From Mobula hypostoma (Eukaryota), in contig NC_086097.1 of the NCBI RefSeq assembly GCF_963921235.1, positions 69,132,001 to 69,196,000 of the forward strand: DNA of 64,000 nucleotides. The letters run 5' to 3'. A program made the position numbers and the translations under genes. The stretch's first letter is position 1, and every line of letters begins with the position of its first letter. Below the pieces are notes generated by a model. The model saw only the letters and a list, made by a program, of their open reading frames with translations. It ran no database searches and had not been told where the DNA came from. This document shows, piece by piece, positions 12,334-25,776 of this stretch.

Positions 12334-15300
12334 ATGTTGAATACTGAGATGGTAGGAGGTCAGGGGACAGGAAATCGCATTAGTTTTTGTTCCTGGAATG
12401 TAAATGGGATTAATGAGCCGGTGAAAAGGGGTAAAGTGCTGTCTCACCTAAAATCGCTACAGGCCAATGTGATCTTCTTGCAGGAAACACATTTGAAGAA
12501 TGAAGCTCACTGTAAAATTAGGGGCAAGTGGATAGGCCAAATATACTCCTCAAAGTTTCCAATGAAATCTAGGGGTATAGCAATAATAATTCACAGAAAC
12601 GTTCCATTTTGTCACCTAACAACGAATGCGGACAAGGGTGGGAGATATGTTCTAGTTACTAGGGAAATGCAATCTTTGCCAGTTACCTTACTGAATATCT
12701 ATGGACCAAACTGGGACGACCCAGAATTTTTTAGACGAGTTCTAGGTTTGATACCAGAGATCTCCAGCACTAACCTGATTATTGGAGGAGATTTTAATTT
12801 TGTTCTGGATACCTATTTAGACAGATCTTCCAATCAGAGGGCATTACCATCAAAGGCAAGTAACCTGCTGAAAACATATATAGACAATATGAATCTGTGT
12901 GAGATATGGAGACTATTCAACCCAGCAGGGAGAGATTATTCATTCCACTCTCGAGTTCATAATGTATATACTGTACTAGGATTGAATATTTCCTCCATGA
13001 TGGCAAAACACTGCCACAAGTCGATAACGTAAGATATCATAATATTGTCATCTCAGACTGCAGGCCTGTTACTTTTTCACTGGAGCTGGGTGAGTCGAAG
13101 CAAATACATAGAAATTGGAGGTTTAATCCTCAGCTACTTACAAACCCAAAATTTTGTGAGTATTTAGAATCACAAATTTTATTGTTTTTGAGACACATGA
13201 TAATAGTGAAGCACCCCCTGGACTACCATGGGAAACATTGAAAGCTTATGTTGGAGGATGTATAATTTCTTTTCAGTCTTCCCTAAAGAAACATAGTAGA
13301 GCAGAACAAATAGAACTAGAAGAACAAATAGAACTAGAAGAACAAATATGTAAACTAGATACGGAGAATGCACGACAACCATCCGCAGAAAAATACAACA
13401 GAATTTCAGCATTAAAATACAAACTTAACTAAATACTCTCAGAAAGGGTGTGCACAGCCTTTATGTTTACAAAATAGAATTTCTTTCAATTTGGGGATAG
13501 ACCACACAAATTGCTGGCAAGACAGCTACGCAAATTGGAAAGTGATCAGGCCATTCATAAAATTAAATCAGACTCGGGCGCTCCGTTGATGTCACACAAA
13601 GACATTAATCAAAGGTTCCGTCAGTATTATGAAAAATTATATGCATCCCAATCTAATGTACCGACAGGGAGCGTGCATACATTTCTGGACACCTGTAGGC
13701 TACCTTCACTCAATCTGATGGAGTGTCGGGCTTTGGAAGCAGAGATTACAAATGACGAAATAATAAGAACAATAAGATCCCTGAAAAATGGCAAAAGTCC
13801 AGGTTCGGATGGAATAGATAATGAGTTTTATTAGAAGTTTAGTGACTTATTAGCACCTTATATAGTAAGGATGTGTAGAAAGTCATTTGAAACTGGCAGG
13901 TTACCCCAAACCCTGAACAAGGCCATTACATGCTTATTCCGAAGAGGGACAAAGACTCAGAGGAGGTAGGATCTTATAGGTTGATTTCACCGCTAAATTC
14001 GGATCCGAAAATTTTGGCTAAAATGCTGGCAAGGAGACTCAGTCAGCAGATAAATAAATTGGTACACTCAGATCAAACAGGGTTTATCCCTAAAAGGAAT
14101 TCTTTCCATAACATCAGGTGCCTTCTTAATATAATGCATTCCCCAAGACATCCTAAGGAAGACCTTGTAATATTAAGTTTAGATGCTGAGAAAGCATTTG
14201 ACCAAGCGGAATGGCAATATCTCTACGAGGTTTTGAAAAAAATTTGGAATGGGAGACAAATGTGGTCGGCATGGCAGGGAGAGTTTTTCTTCCTTCTCCC
14301 GTCTGCGTGAGATGTGGGACATTTGAGAAACTTTGAACTTTACTGTGCTCACGGACTCTTCATCAAGTTATGGTTTTGTGCACTGTTGTAACTATATGTT
14401 ATAATTATGTGGTTTTGTCAGTTTTTTTAGTCTTGGTCTGTCCTGTGTTTTGTGATATTGCACCGGTGGAAGTAATGTATCATTTCTTAATGCATGCATT
14501 ACTAAATGACAATAAAAGAGGACTACGTGTCTTCATAATCTAAAAAAAATTTATAAATTGGATTAAGCTACTGTACATTAACCCTAGTGTTAAAATACTA
14601 ACTAGTCAGACTGTCTCGGAAACATTCAGTTTGCACAGGAGCACAAGACAGAGCTGTGCATTTTGTCCCTTATTGTTTGTGTTGGCCTTGGAACCACTGG
14701 CGGAGACTATACGTTCTCACCCTGAAATTTATGGGTACAATACAGAATATACCATCAAAAATATTTCCCTTTATGTGGATGATGTTTTGTTGTTTGTAAC
14801 AAAACCATATATTACTATTCCAGTTTTGCTGGAAATAGTCAATTTATTTGGCACTTTCTCGGGGTATAAAATTAATTGGGGGGAAAGTGAATTATTCCCA
14901 GTCTGAGTAAAAGAACAGGAGGGGCTTAAACAATTTCCATGCAAAATAACCCTTGAGAAGTTTAGTTACCTTGGAATTGTAATAACCAAAAAGTATAGTT
15001 CTCTATTTGAAGCAAATTTTATCCTTCTAATTGAAAAGATTAAAAAGAAAATAGAATTTTTGAAGACACTCCCAATTTCTTTAGTGGGTAGAGTAAATGC
15101 AGTCAAGATGATCTTTCTTCCTCAACTGCTCTATATATTTCAGAACCTGACCCTCTATCTTACTAAAACCTTTTTTAAAGGATTAGATTTGATAATTCTA
15201 CCTTTTATATGGAATTATAAAGCCCATCAAATTAGGAAAGAACATCTCTGCAAGAATAAGACTAGTTGGGGGCTGGCATTACCCAACTTTATTTTTTATT

Positions 15301-16443
15301 ACTGGGCTGCTAATATTAGCTATATAGCATACTGGATAGATGATACAGTTGTGCTTCCCGGATGGTTGGAGATGAAGTGTAAGGATTGCCTACCATATTC
15401 CATAGGGGTAATCATTATGTCCCCTATTCCGTTAAATAAAGCCTGTAATAGAGGCAATCCCATTGTCCATAGTACCATACAGATGTCGAGACAAATAGCG
15501 AAGCATTTGGAACTCAGAACATTATCTTTTCTTGTACCTATATCAGCAGACCCCTCTTTTATCCCCTCATGTATAGATGGGGCCTTTGATGTATGGTGAG
15601 AATTAGGGATACGCAGCGTTGGAGACTTATACATACAAGGGATTTTTGCGTCATTTTGGCAGCTCCAGAACAAATTCGGATTACAAAAGAATAATTTTTT
15701 CAGGTATCTCCAGCTAAGACACTATATAAGATCACATCTTTCTGGCTTTGAGACGGCAGAACCTGATAAATCAGATAATCATTTAAGATCATGTTCAGGG
15801 ACAGAACGCATCATCTGTATGATGCCATACAAAACAAGTGTCATACAACAATGGATAATATTAAAAAAGAGTGGGAAAAGGAGTTGGGTACAGAGATAGA
15901 GGAGGTTATATGGAATGAGGCTTTGGAGTATGTTAACTCCCGTTCCATCAATGCCAGGCATTGTTTAATACAATTTAAAATCCTAATAGGCTACATTATT
16001 CAAAAGTAAGGATTCATAAAATATTCCCAGAGGTGTCCACAATGTGTGAGAAATGCAAGTCCTCAGAGGCAAATTTGTTACATAGTTATGCTTTATGTCC
16101 AAGCACACAAGAGTATTGGAAGCAAATATTTGAGGTCCTATTGAAGGTACTAAAGGTTCAGATAATACCAGAACCCATTTTAATAATTTTTGGAACTTCT
16201 GCGAGGTCAAATAAATTCCAGGCTACCCAGCAACAACTCCTGACCTATGGCATTCTTAATGGAAAGAAACTCATACTGATGTTCTGAAAAAAGGAGGAAA
16301 CTCCATCACTCAGACAATGGCTGGCTGCATTAATGGATATTCTGCATCTAGAGAGGATAAGATACATTATCAAGGGCGGACTCAAGGAATTTGAAAAAAT
16401 CTGGCAACCATTACTGTTGTATTTAAAAGAGACCGACAGCTGA
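12334..16443 (+). pseudogene. L1 ORF2p (APE endonuclease, RT, Cys-rich C-terminus), disrupted
   Basis: SWNVNG, FLQETHL, NIYGPN, GGDFN, KSPGSDG, DQTGF, SLDAEKAFD, LYVDDVLL, and CEKC..HSYALC; multiple stops and frameshifts. Confidence 0.92.
14262..14546 (+). mobile_element. Short non-autonomous retroelement inserted in L1 ORF2
   Basis: Interrupts the L1 reading KFGMGDK|FINWIKLLY. Ends in aaatgacaataaaa plus an A run, like the Rex tail near 41890; possible TSD aaat. Confidence 0.7.
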
Positions 16444-17799
16444 ACTAAATGTGGGGAGCAGTAGGACCTAAACAACACATACAGGAGGGGTGAGGGGAGG
16501 AGAAAGGAGACAGGGTGGTAGGGTTTCCTTTGCTGTTTGCTTGTTTACTATACATACATTCATTTGAATTTCGTTATGTTGTTATAGGAAAGAAAAGGAA
16601 AAAGAAGCATTGAACTTTACGACATTGTCGGTTGTGGTTAAGCTGATGTTGCTTCACAATAAAAACATCTGAAAACAAAGAATGCTTAATCAAACAATAT
16701 ATTTACATTATTACTCAAATATAACTGAAATATTAAAAGCACTGCATTCTCCAGTGAGAAATACATGGCAAAATCTGCTGAAGAGCAAACTAAAATGTAC
16801 CATAGCAGTGAATGCAGCAACTCTGAAGCCGCAATTATCTGCTTCCAGACACTAAATGCATTCTTGAGAATAAGATTATCTACGTTGGGTCCTACTTTAT
16901 ATAATCACACATTTGGCCTGCAGTTATTCAATAGTTATCAAATTTCCAATAGGTTATTTTTTCCCATGGGTATGATGTGGGATCACAAATTTGCAGGTGA
17001 CTGAGTTAACTGAAGGCTTCTGAATGTGAATCGTCTTCTCCTGGTCGGCAAATTAATGTCATATAATTTATTCTAAGCTTCTTATGGCAAAATACATCAA
17101 GTACACACCGTGATATCTAAGAGAAATCATTATGCAATAGCTCACTTCTCAGAAGATTAGACTAGCTGAAATAACTGTCAAATCTTCAAATAATTTGATT
17201 TTCTAAATTAGCATTTGACAATATTAAGAATCCAGAGGTGTCCTGCAAATGGGTGTAAACATCAAACAACAATTGAAAATCAGGAAGTTAGCAGGAAATT
17301 TACAGACAACTTCAGCTAAATGTCCAAAAGCTAATTTATTTTGAATTACCAAATGGCATCAGCAAAGTACAGTGAACAGACGCCATGAACAGGTTTAAAT
17401 AAAACTGATTTCAGAGAAATTAATCAGATTTTTTCCATGTCCCTGGTGTCATTCTAGTCCACTCTCAGTGACAGAATTGATCAAAACGGTGTAACTGGAG
17501 TCAGGTGGTCACTGCAATTGATTTTGTAGAGTGGTGCACAATTCCGGAAATTGAACTCTTTGTGTTATGAAGAGATTCATGTGGCAGAAGGTTGCAGAGA
17601 ATTTTGATCTAACACAAGTGGTCAGGAGCAATGTGAGCCAATCTAAAATAATGATTGTGTGAATGAAATTAAGAAAATGACACATGTTGAATGTTCCATT
17701 TTTGTGTCTGTGCTCACAGCATAGGACAAGTGTGATATCGCTGACATCCTGGGGAACCTATTGGTAAATCACGGACAAGAACTTCACATGAAGTTAACA

Positions 17800-18790
17800 T
17801 AAGTAAAAGAAATGTTGATGAAGAAAACAAAGTCATCAAGAAGTGACAGAACCCCTGGACCAGCTTATTTCCATCATAACGTTTTTAAGGAAGTAAATGA
17901 GAACAATACAGAGCTGTATACTGCTATATTCTTAAGTTCTCAAAACTTGGGACTTCAGATTGGAAAATTGCATGTTTTCCCACTAATTTAGGAAGGTGAG
18001 AGGGAACCGAAAGCTAATGGGTATCTACAATTAAGCATGTCTACTGTATATGCGGTGAAGATTGCTCTGAAGCAGGATGCAAGGTATCGGGGAAAAAAAA
18101 CTAACATCCTGCATTAATTTCATAATAACTGATCCCATTAATTTCAAGACAGTTATGGAGAAGGATAGGACTGATCCTAGAGTTGAGATTCTAAATTGGA
18201 GAAAGGCCAATTTTGATGGCATCAGAAGAGATCTGGCATGTGTGGATTGGGATAGGTTGTCTTGAAGCAAAAGGATGCTGGGTAAATGTGAGGCCTTCAA
18301 AAGTGAAGTATTGACAGGTTTAGGGAACCTTGGTTTTCAAGGGGTATTAAGACCCTCATTAACAAGGAGGCATATAACAGGTATAGGCTGTTACGAACAA
18401 ATAAGGTGCTTGAGGAATACGAGAAATACAAGAGAAAATTTAAGAGAGAAATAAAAGGGCTTAAAGAGGACATGAGGTTGCTCTGACAGACAAACCTAAA
18501 GTGAATCTCAAAGGCTTCTTTAGAATTATTAAGAGCAAAAGGATAGCAAGGGACAAAATTGGTTTCCTTGGAAGATCTTAAACAAATTTTTTGTATCTAT
18601 ATTTACTCAGGAGACAGGGTCTATAAAACTGAGAGAAAAAAAAGAGCAGTGATGTCATGGACAGTGTCCTGATTACAGAAGAGTAGGTTTGGAGAGTTAT
18701 GGTCTGGGTGTGGGTAGATGAAACTAGGCAGAACATCAGGTTGGCATGGGGACTAAACGAGCCAATGGTCTGTTTCTGTGCTCTCGCGCT
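17800..18790 (+). mobile_element. CR1 LINE fragments
   Basis: VEILNWRKANFDGIRRDLACVDWDRL in ORF 18077-18265; CR1-type 3' end near 18700-18785. Confidence 0.7.
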
Positions 18791-19059
18791 CTCTGACTCT
18801 ATGGTAATGTGTGTGAATATATTCATGACATAAAACTTAGTAAAAGATCTCACGTCATGATTAAAATGCAATCAAATACCTCATCAGCAAAGTGCATCAG
18901 CAGCAATTTTCTTGATTGGTGCAAGAAGTCCCCAGCACAACATTTGTCTTGCCAAACAGAAGCAATAGCTGATTTTGTAAATGCCTGGAAATTATTACAA
19001 CTCAAAATAACTACAATGATCTTACCTGTTGTGTCAAAATACCTGCATTGCTCTCCCCA

Positions 19060-20085
19060 ACTTCCTACACAACTTCCTGCCTTGTGTAGCTGCATACTGG
19101 ACTTCCTGTCAAATCGCCGGCAGGTGGTAAGAATGGGCTCCCTCACCTTTGCCCTATGACCCTCAACTCAGGTGCACCTAAGGGCTGTGTACTAAGCCCC
19201 TCCTTTGCTCTCTGTATACCCATGACTGTGTCTCCACCAGCAGCTCTAATCTGCTAATTAAATTTGCTGATGACACTACACTGATGAGTCTAATCTCAAA
19301 TAATAATGAGGCAGCCTACAGAGAAGAGGTCATCACACTGACGCAGTGGTGCCAAGAAAACAACCTCTCCCTCAGTGTCACGAAAGCAGAGGAGTTAGTT
19401 GTGGACTACAGGATGAATGGAGACAGGCTACCTAACTGCTACAGACATCAATGGATCTGGGGTTGGGAGGGTGAACAGCTTTAAATTCCTTGGCATAAAC
19501 ATCACCGAGGATCTCATGTGGTCTGTACATACTGGCTGTGTGGTGAAAAAAGCACAACAGCACCTCTTTCACCTCAGACAGTTGAAGAAGTTTGGTATGG
19601 CCCTCCAAATTCTAAGAACTTTCTATAGGGGCAGAATTGAGAGCATCCTGACTGGCTGCATCACTGCCTGGTATGGGAACTGTACCTCCCTCAATCACAG
19701 GACTCTGCAGAGAGTGGTGTGGACAGCCAGCGCATCTGTAGATGTGAACTTTCCACTATTCAGGACATTTACAAAGACAGCTGTGTAAAAAGGGCCCAAG
19801 TCACCCCAACTACAAACTGTTCTGGCTGCTACCATCCAGAAAATGGTACAACAGCATAAAAGCCAGGACCAACAGGCTTTGGGACAGCTTCTTCTAGTAG
19901 GCCATCAGGCTGATTAATTCGTGCTGACACAACTGTATTTTTATGTTATATTATCTATCCTGTTGTACATAATATTTATTATAAATTACTATAATTGCAC
20001 ATTGCACATTTGAATGGAAACGTAATGTAAAGATTTTTACTCATGTATATGAAGGATGTAAGTAATCAAGTCAATTCAATTCAAT
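19060..20085 (+). mobile_element. Rex1/Babar-type LINE, 5'-truncated
   Basis: ILDFLSNRRQVVR, GAP.GCVLSP, KFADDTT, KFLGINI and IESILTGCITAWYGN; (aattc)n tail. Confidence 0.85.
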
Positions 20086-20214
20086 ACTCATCTTCACTAA
20101 ATTGTAGTTTGCACTTCATGCTCTCATTGGTATTCAGTCCCTCACTTCCCCACACCTCAAACCCAACACCTGGCCACTCAGGCTGTCCAGCCATGACACT
20201 CATAACCTTCAAGT

Positions 20215-21255
20215 GCTTTTTAAGGCTGTTAATTTCCCTTAAATGGAATATCATCGACTGTCTGAGCCAAGAAGAAACAGAGCAAACATAACTCTCTCCC
20301 TCCGGAGAGATATGCTTGCTACCTCTCACAATATGGCCAACAATCTGCCAGTGTGGACAGGAGACAGGACAGCTGCTCTAGACTTCTGACAGAAATGGTT
20401 AAAGATACAACGTTGTGCAATGCCTTCAATATCCCTGCTGGCAGAGCACAGCAAAACACAGAATGGATAACTCAGTCCGACCCCAGATAGACTTACTCTT
20501 TGCACCAAGGGCACTCACAGTCAGTTCTACTGACGTATGCCAGGTTTCTTCTCTGACCTCTGCCACCTTTGTGCCTTTTGTTACCTACAGACGGAAGGTA
20601 GGGGTGTATGAGTGGAATGTCAAGAGAACATTGAGGAACTAAGAAGGGATTATACAGATTGAAGAACTGCAAAACCCTTCTGCGACTCTGATTCACTGGT
20701 GGGAAGCAACCATGGAGAACATCAAGAGCTTCATCGTCTTCAAAGGTGTTCAGAAAGCATGAGAGAGTCAGGGGGAGTTGTGTCAACTCCAGACAGATTT
20801 CAACAACTTCTGCCTTTGAGAAGGGTGGATGTGAGAGAGGAATTTTTTGAGAGGTAAAGAGTCAGCAAGCTGTGCTCTTTACCTCTGAACTCACAAGACA
20901 CACTTGTCTTTCTTCTTCTGGAAGGTTCACTGGGAGAGCTCTGTGATCTGCAGCGTTAAGGAAGAGGACATCTCAGTAACATACTCAGAGACAGACATAC
21001 TAAAGATCTGCAGATCCCTTCAAGCCAGATTGTATGACAATAAGACCACAGAAGACAGCACAGGCATACAAAACTTCCTGTCCTCCATCACAGTGGTACT
21101 GGATGCCAGGAGATCCCGGAACAGCCATTGCCCCAGGAAAAGCTGACTGGCTCCGTCCATTCCTTTGACACGAATGAAACTCTCAGAAGCAACGGCTCGC
21201 TGAAAGCAGCATTCCAGAAAATTGAGTGCCAGGGCAGAGTGAATATAGTTGCGAT
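20215..21255 (+). mobile_element. Old Tx1-type (L1 group) ORF2 fragment, probably continuing at 22020-22390
   Basis: QIDLLF...FFSD (endonuclease end) and ENIEELRRDY..WWEATMENIKSF..KGVQKA, resembling Tx1-like ORF2 linkers. Confidence 0.55.
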
Positions 21256-21740
21256 CACTAAGCAGAAGGTCCCATCAGGGTCGTTTTACCCTTGCAGTTC
21301 CTTAACTCTACCCACAGGAATTCTACATTCTCCAATCCTGTGTCACCTTTTGCTAAGGATTTGATTTCATTTATTACCAACAGCGCCACCCCAACTCCTC
21401 TGCCCACCTGCCTGTCTTTTCGATAGGACATATATACCTTTCGACAGGACGTGTACCTTTCGACAGGACCTGTGCACCTTTCGGCAGGACATGTGTACCT
21501 TTCGACAGGACACGTATACTTTTCAACAGGACACTTTTCGACAGGACATGTATACTTTTCGACAGGACATGTATACTTTTCGACAGGACATGTATATGGG
21601 ATGCTTTGGTGCCAGCTATAACTGTTTTTCAGCCATGACTCTGATGGCCACAAAGTTATACCTGCCAATTTCTAATCGCACTATAAACTCATCTACCCTG
21701 TTTTATGTACTTCTGTGCCTTGCCTATTTAAGTGTATAAA
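21256..21740 (-). mobile_element. CR1 endonuclease fragment containing an expanded 21-bp minisatellite
   Basis: RKDRQVGRGVGVALLV..VEFLWVELRNCKGK, homologous to 52645-53454. Confidence 0.85.
21418..21597. repeat. 21-bp minisatellite, about 8 copies (tttcgacaggacatgtatact)
   Basis: Directly visible; translates as YTCPVEK repeats. Confidence 0.9.
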
Positions 21741-23028
21741 TGCCTCTTAAACATAGTGACTGCATCTGACTCTACCATCTCCTCCGGCAGTGAAGTTAGA
21801 TATCAACTACTCTCCATGCATAAAACTTACCCTTCAAACCTCATTAAAACTCTGAACATTCATCTTAAAACTATGCACTCTTGCCGTGGGAAAAATATTT
21901 TGATGATCAACCTAGGTGTGCTAATCATACCTTTTGTAGTTTTATCAGCTCACCCTTTCAGGGAAAACAAGCCCAGTTTATTTAGCATTTCTCCAAGAAA
22001 AATTCTGAATTTCCTGCTGCCTGGGTGAAGGCAGAGACTGGTACCTCAAGATGGCAAAATTGGAAATGGAGCAAAATCTGCACAAATGCTCAGGGATGCA
22101 CTGCTTGGCTCTTCCTGCATGTTGGAGGCCCTGTGTTGGAGGTCGTTGACAGCCTGCTCTGTGTCTGTCCAGAACTGATAACCACAGTCAGTTGCCATGC
22201 CTGGGATAGATGACCCACATCCCCGTGTCAGTGGTTGAGGCCTGATGGTTAAGTGGAATTAGGGACACTGAATGAGAAAATTATGAAAGAGTCATAACTA
22301 GAGGCAGGAAGCTATACAAAGCCTGTGGCAGCAAACCAGATATTGCTCTTGGGAAAGGCGGCTGGAGGTGGTGCTCACCATGGATTGTGAAGAACAACTA
22401 AATTAAGGCCTCATGTTCTCTCATCTCTCTTCACTCTAGGGGGAAAGAAAAAAGCTTACCTCTAATTGCATCCTACCTTTTCACCAACCCCATTCAGTCA
22501 CAAATTCAGTTCAATTGTCTACATGGCCAGTCTTTCCTTACAATGGTAAGTATACCCATTGCATTTGCTAAATAGAATTTCCTTAAAAATACTCAGGGAA
22601 ATAAAAATCTTCAGGCCAGCACAAAACCTCTGTCGCACATTCGAAATGGAGCTGTTTAACAGGTGGTTCTAACACAGCTGCCAAATTTTATGTAATCTAA
22701 TATATAATCTAAACAACTACAATTTTCTTCAATTTTGTTCCTGACTCAGGTCACTGCCCTGATTGAAATTCAAAGGTGGTGAATGCTAATTTACATAAAC
22801 ACATGAAATGACCTATGTAACCTTTGCTGATCAATGTATTAAGCATAACGATTTGCTGTTCAGCTGCTCAGTAACTATGACTTCACTTATTTATGTTGAG
22901 GATTTCCATTCTTTTTAAACAATTTTAATTCTCGTTTCTGATTTATAAGCAATCAAAGACATTTGCTGTACAGCCAGTAGTCAGCGTTCCTCCTTGATTA
23001 ATTCTGTCACTTAACAGTTCAAAAGTAA

Positions 23029-23167
23029 GCAACACACATAAAAGTTGCTGGTGAACGCAGCAGGCCAGGCACCTCTTCCTAGAGATGCTGCCTGGCCTGC
23101 TGCGTTCACCAGCAACTTTTATGTGTGTTGCTTGAATTTCCAGCATCTGCAGAATTCCTGTTGTTTG
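23029..23167. mobile_element. Penelope-terminus-derived miniature element with a 45-bp perfect inverted repeat
   Basis: Arms 23027-23071 and 23089-23133; flanking direct repeat agttcaaaagtaa at 23016-23028 and 23168-23180. Confidence 0.8.
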
Positions 23168-23979
23168 AGTTCAAAAGTAAATTAAGTTTAGATTGATCTA
23201 GTCTAGCTGGTGTAGGACAGTATGATGAATCAAATCTGTTATGTTCCATCCTTGAACGTGCACTAGGGGAAAAAATTCCGGCAGTTCTTTAGCATGGAGA
23301 TAAAGGAGGGAATTAATTATGTATCTTTTTGTGAATACAGCATGTCTAGTTCAATGTTATAACATAGGCATCGCAGTATCAGAAAAGTGGGAAATCCTGC
23401 TGGTTGAAAAAATTGCTTCATAAACCAATGTTCTGTATTCTAAGAGCGGACAATCCCCTGTAGGTTTGGCCAATGTTGGGTTATCAGGTTCCATGCTCAG
23501 CTCCCAGTCAGCCACAAGAGAGCCCAGTTTCTTCACAGACTGATGAGGTAGGAAAGAAATACATAAAGATATAAAGGTACGATTTTGCATTTATTTTCTC
23601 TGTAGTCCCTCAAACCAACTGGATCCAACTAAAGCAATATCAACAACTTACATCTGTCTAGTTTAAGAGCCAAATAGCTCCAGAGTTTTCTAACACAACG
23701 AGCAGCACCTTATTGCAAGGCCTAACAAATGCTAGAAATACTAGAAATGTTAAAGTTGCTGATCTCCCTATCGCTCCACCATTAAACCTGCTGAGCACTG
23801 AAAACCTAACAAAGAAGACATTGTGGGGACAAGTTCACCTTTGACCTCCAGCACCACAAATACAGGACAACATGAACCACCTATTCTACTCATTTATGTT
23901 CTATTCCAGTTGCCGTACTTTCAATTGTAAGTAATAGAAGTATAGAAAGATAGTGATATTACTATTAAAATTAACTAAA

Positions 23980-24800
23980 AGAATGGCCTCCCTTGTCCAT
24001 TCGCCCCCTCCACACCGATCTGCCTCCTGGCACTTATCCTTGCAAGCGGAACAACTGCTACACCTCCTCCCTCACTACCATTCAGGGCCCCAAACAGTCC
24101 TTCCAGGTGAGGTGACACTTCACCTGTGAGTCTGTTAGGGTCATCCACTGTGTCTGGTGCTCCTGGTGTGGCCTTCTGTTTATCGGTGAGACCCGACGTA
24201 GATTGGGAGACTGCTTCGCCGAGCACCTGCGCTCCACCCGCCAGAAGAAGCGGGGTCTCCCAGTGGTCACCCATTCTAATTCCACTTCCCGTTCCCATTC
24301 CAATGTGTTTATCCACGGCCTCCTCTACCATCGCGATAAAGCCACACTCAGGTTGGAGGATCAACACCGTCTGGGTGGCCTCCAACCTGATGGCATGAAC
24401 ATCAATTTCTCAAATTTCTGGTAGTGTCCCCCTCCCTCCACCACTCATCCCCTTTTCTCTCTCTCACCTTATCGCCTTGCCTGCCCATCGCCTCCCTCTG
24501 GTGACCCTTCCCCCTTTTCTTTCTTCCATGGCCTCTGTTCTCTCCTATCTGACCCCCCCTTCCCTTCTCCAGCCCTGTATCTCTTTCACCAATCAACTTC
24601 CCAGCTCTTTACTTCACCCCTCACCCTCCCGGTTTCACCTATCACCTTGTGTTTCTCTCTCCCTCCCTCACCTTTTAAATCTACTCCTCATCTTTTTTTC
24701 TCCAGTCCTGCCGAAGGGTCTCGGCCCAAAACATTGACTGTACTCTTTTCCATAGGTGCTGCCTGGCCTGCTGAGTTCCTGCAGCATTTTGTCTGTGTAT
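23980..24800 (+). mobile_element. Penelope-like element fragment (GIY-YIG plus terminal repeat with degenerate hammerhead)
   Basis: SLTTIQGPKQSFQVR*HFTCESVRVIHCVWCSWCGLLFIGETRRRLGDCFAEHLRS, a GIY-YIG with Cys motif; hammerhead-like motif at 24703-24740. Confidence 0.8.
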
Positions 24801-25276
24801 TAATGATGTGCAACTGTTTAAATACAATCAGGATTTGTTTGGAAAATGCATGTGCTATTAAACAAAAATGATTGTATAAAATATTAGTCACACTTACCAG
24901 GTATTTGGTTGAGCATGCAAGAGACATCCTCCTCTCCTTTCTCCCGCCTATTCGAGGTGCTGGGTGAGAATTGGCAGCTGCACTACATGCAGTCAGCACA
25001 CCCACTGTCTGAAATCTCCTGCCAGTGAATGCCAGATCCTAGTCCCGAGTTCACCTGGAGCCCGAGAAGCTCTGGTACCTTTTTTTGTCCCACAATACCA
25101 GTTCTGACCCACAGTATGGAGTGTACATTGTGGGTGCAATACTGATGAAACCCCACTTGCAGAAGTGCTGGCGATCTTTTGGTTTTGTAGTTTTTTAAAC
25201 TTGTCTTTATGTTCAGAGAGATGTTATGATGTGTGCAGGGAGGGGTGCTTGTCATGTCCTGGGAAGCTCACTCACC

Positions 25277-25776
25277 TTCAATAGGTTCAATAGGTACATT
25301 TAATGTCAGAGAAATGTATACAATATACATCCTGAAATTCTTTTTCTTCTCAAACATCCACGAAAACAGAGAAGTGCCCACAGGAATGAATGACAGTGAA
25401 ACGTTAGAACCACACATAAGCAGCTGCAACGACCCACCCCCACCTCCCACCACCACCAGCTAAAAAAAGCGTTGGCGCCCTCCACCGAGCACTCAAGCGT
25501 TCAGCAAGCAACAATAAAGACACGGACTTGCAGTTCCCCAAAGACTACTCATTCGCCCAGTAATTCGACATATCACAGGCTCTCTCTCTCTCCGTAATAA
25601 GGGAAAAAGAGGTGGCCCCATTTCACCATGAGAGGAGAGACATAACAAACAACACGCTAATTTATGATGTCAAAAATCTGTTGCGTCACTTTTTCCAAGC
25701 TCTGGGCCCAGAGAATCGGCCTCGAGGCTCAGGTCTCTGGACACACAGCCGGCTACTCCCGATGTTCCGTCTTCGT
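25277..25776 (-). mobile_element. SINE-like repeat; second copy at 32480-32877 (+)
   Basis: Clear reverse-complement similarity to 32480-32877; tandem (cctattgaa) tail. Confidence 0.75.

Larger units (their letters stand above)
10642..16672 (+). mobile_element. Full-length, decayed L1-clade LINE
   Basis: 14-bp TSD aaacaaagaatgct at 10628-10641 and 16673-16686; G-rich 5' end; ORF1 and ORF2; AATAAA at 16658-16663. Confidence 0.93.
10491..16740 (-). mobile_element. Solo LTR (same family as 633-872) split by the L1 insertion; LTR parts are 10491-10641 and 16687-16740
   Basis: Joining the flanks gives ...aaagaatgct|taatcaaacaatatatttaca..., the reverse complement of 660-705. Confidence 0.65.

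Noticed and set aside
12334..16443. Active L1 ORF2, or any intact autonomous TE in the window
   Set aside because: Every RT or transposase reading frame seen has stops, frameshifts or insertions.
22460..22567. AG..GTAAG-bounded candidate coding exon on the minus strand
   Set aside because: Stops in all three frames.
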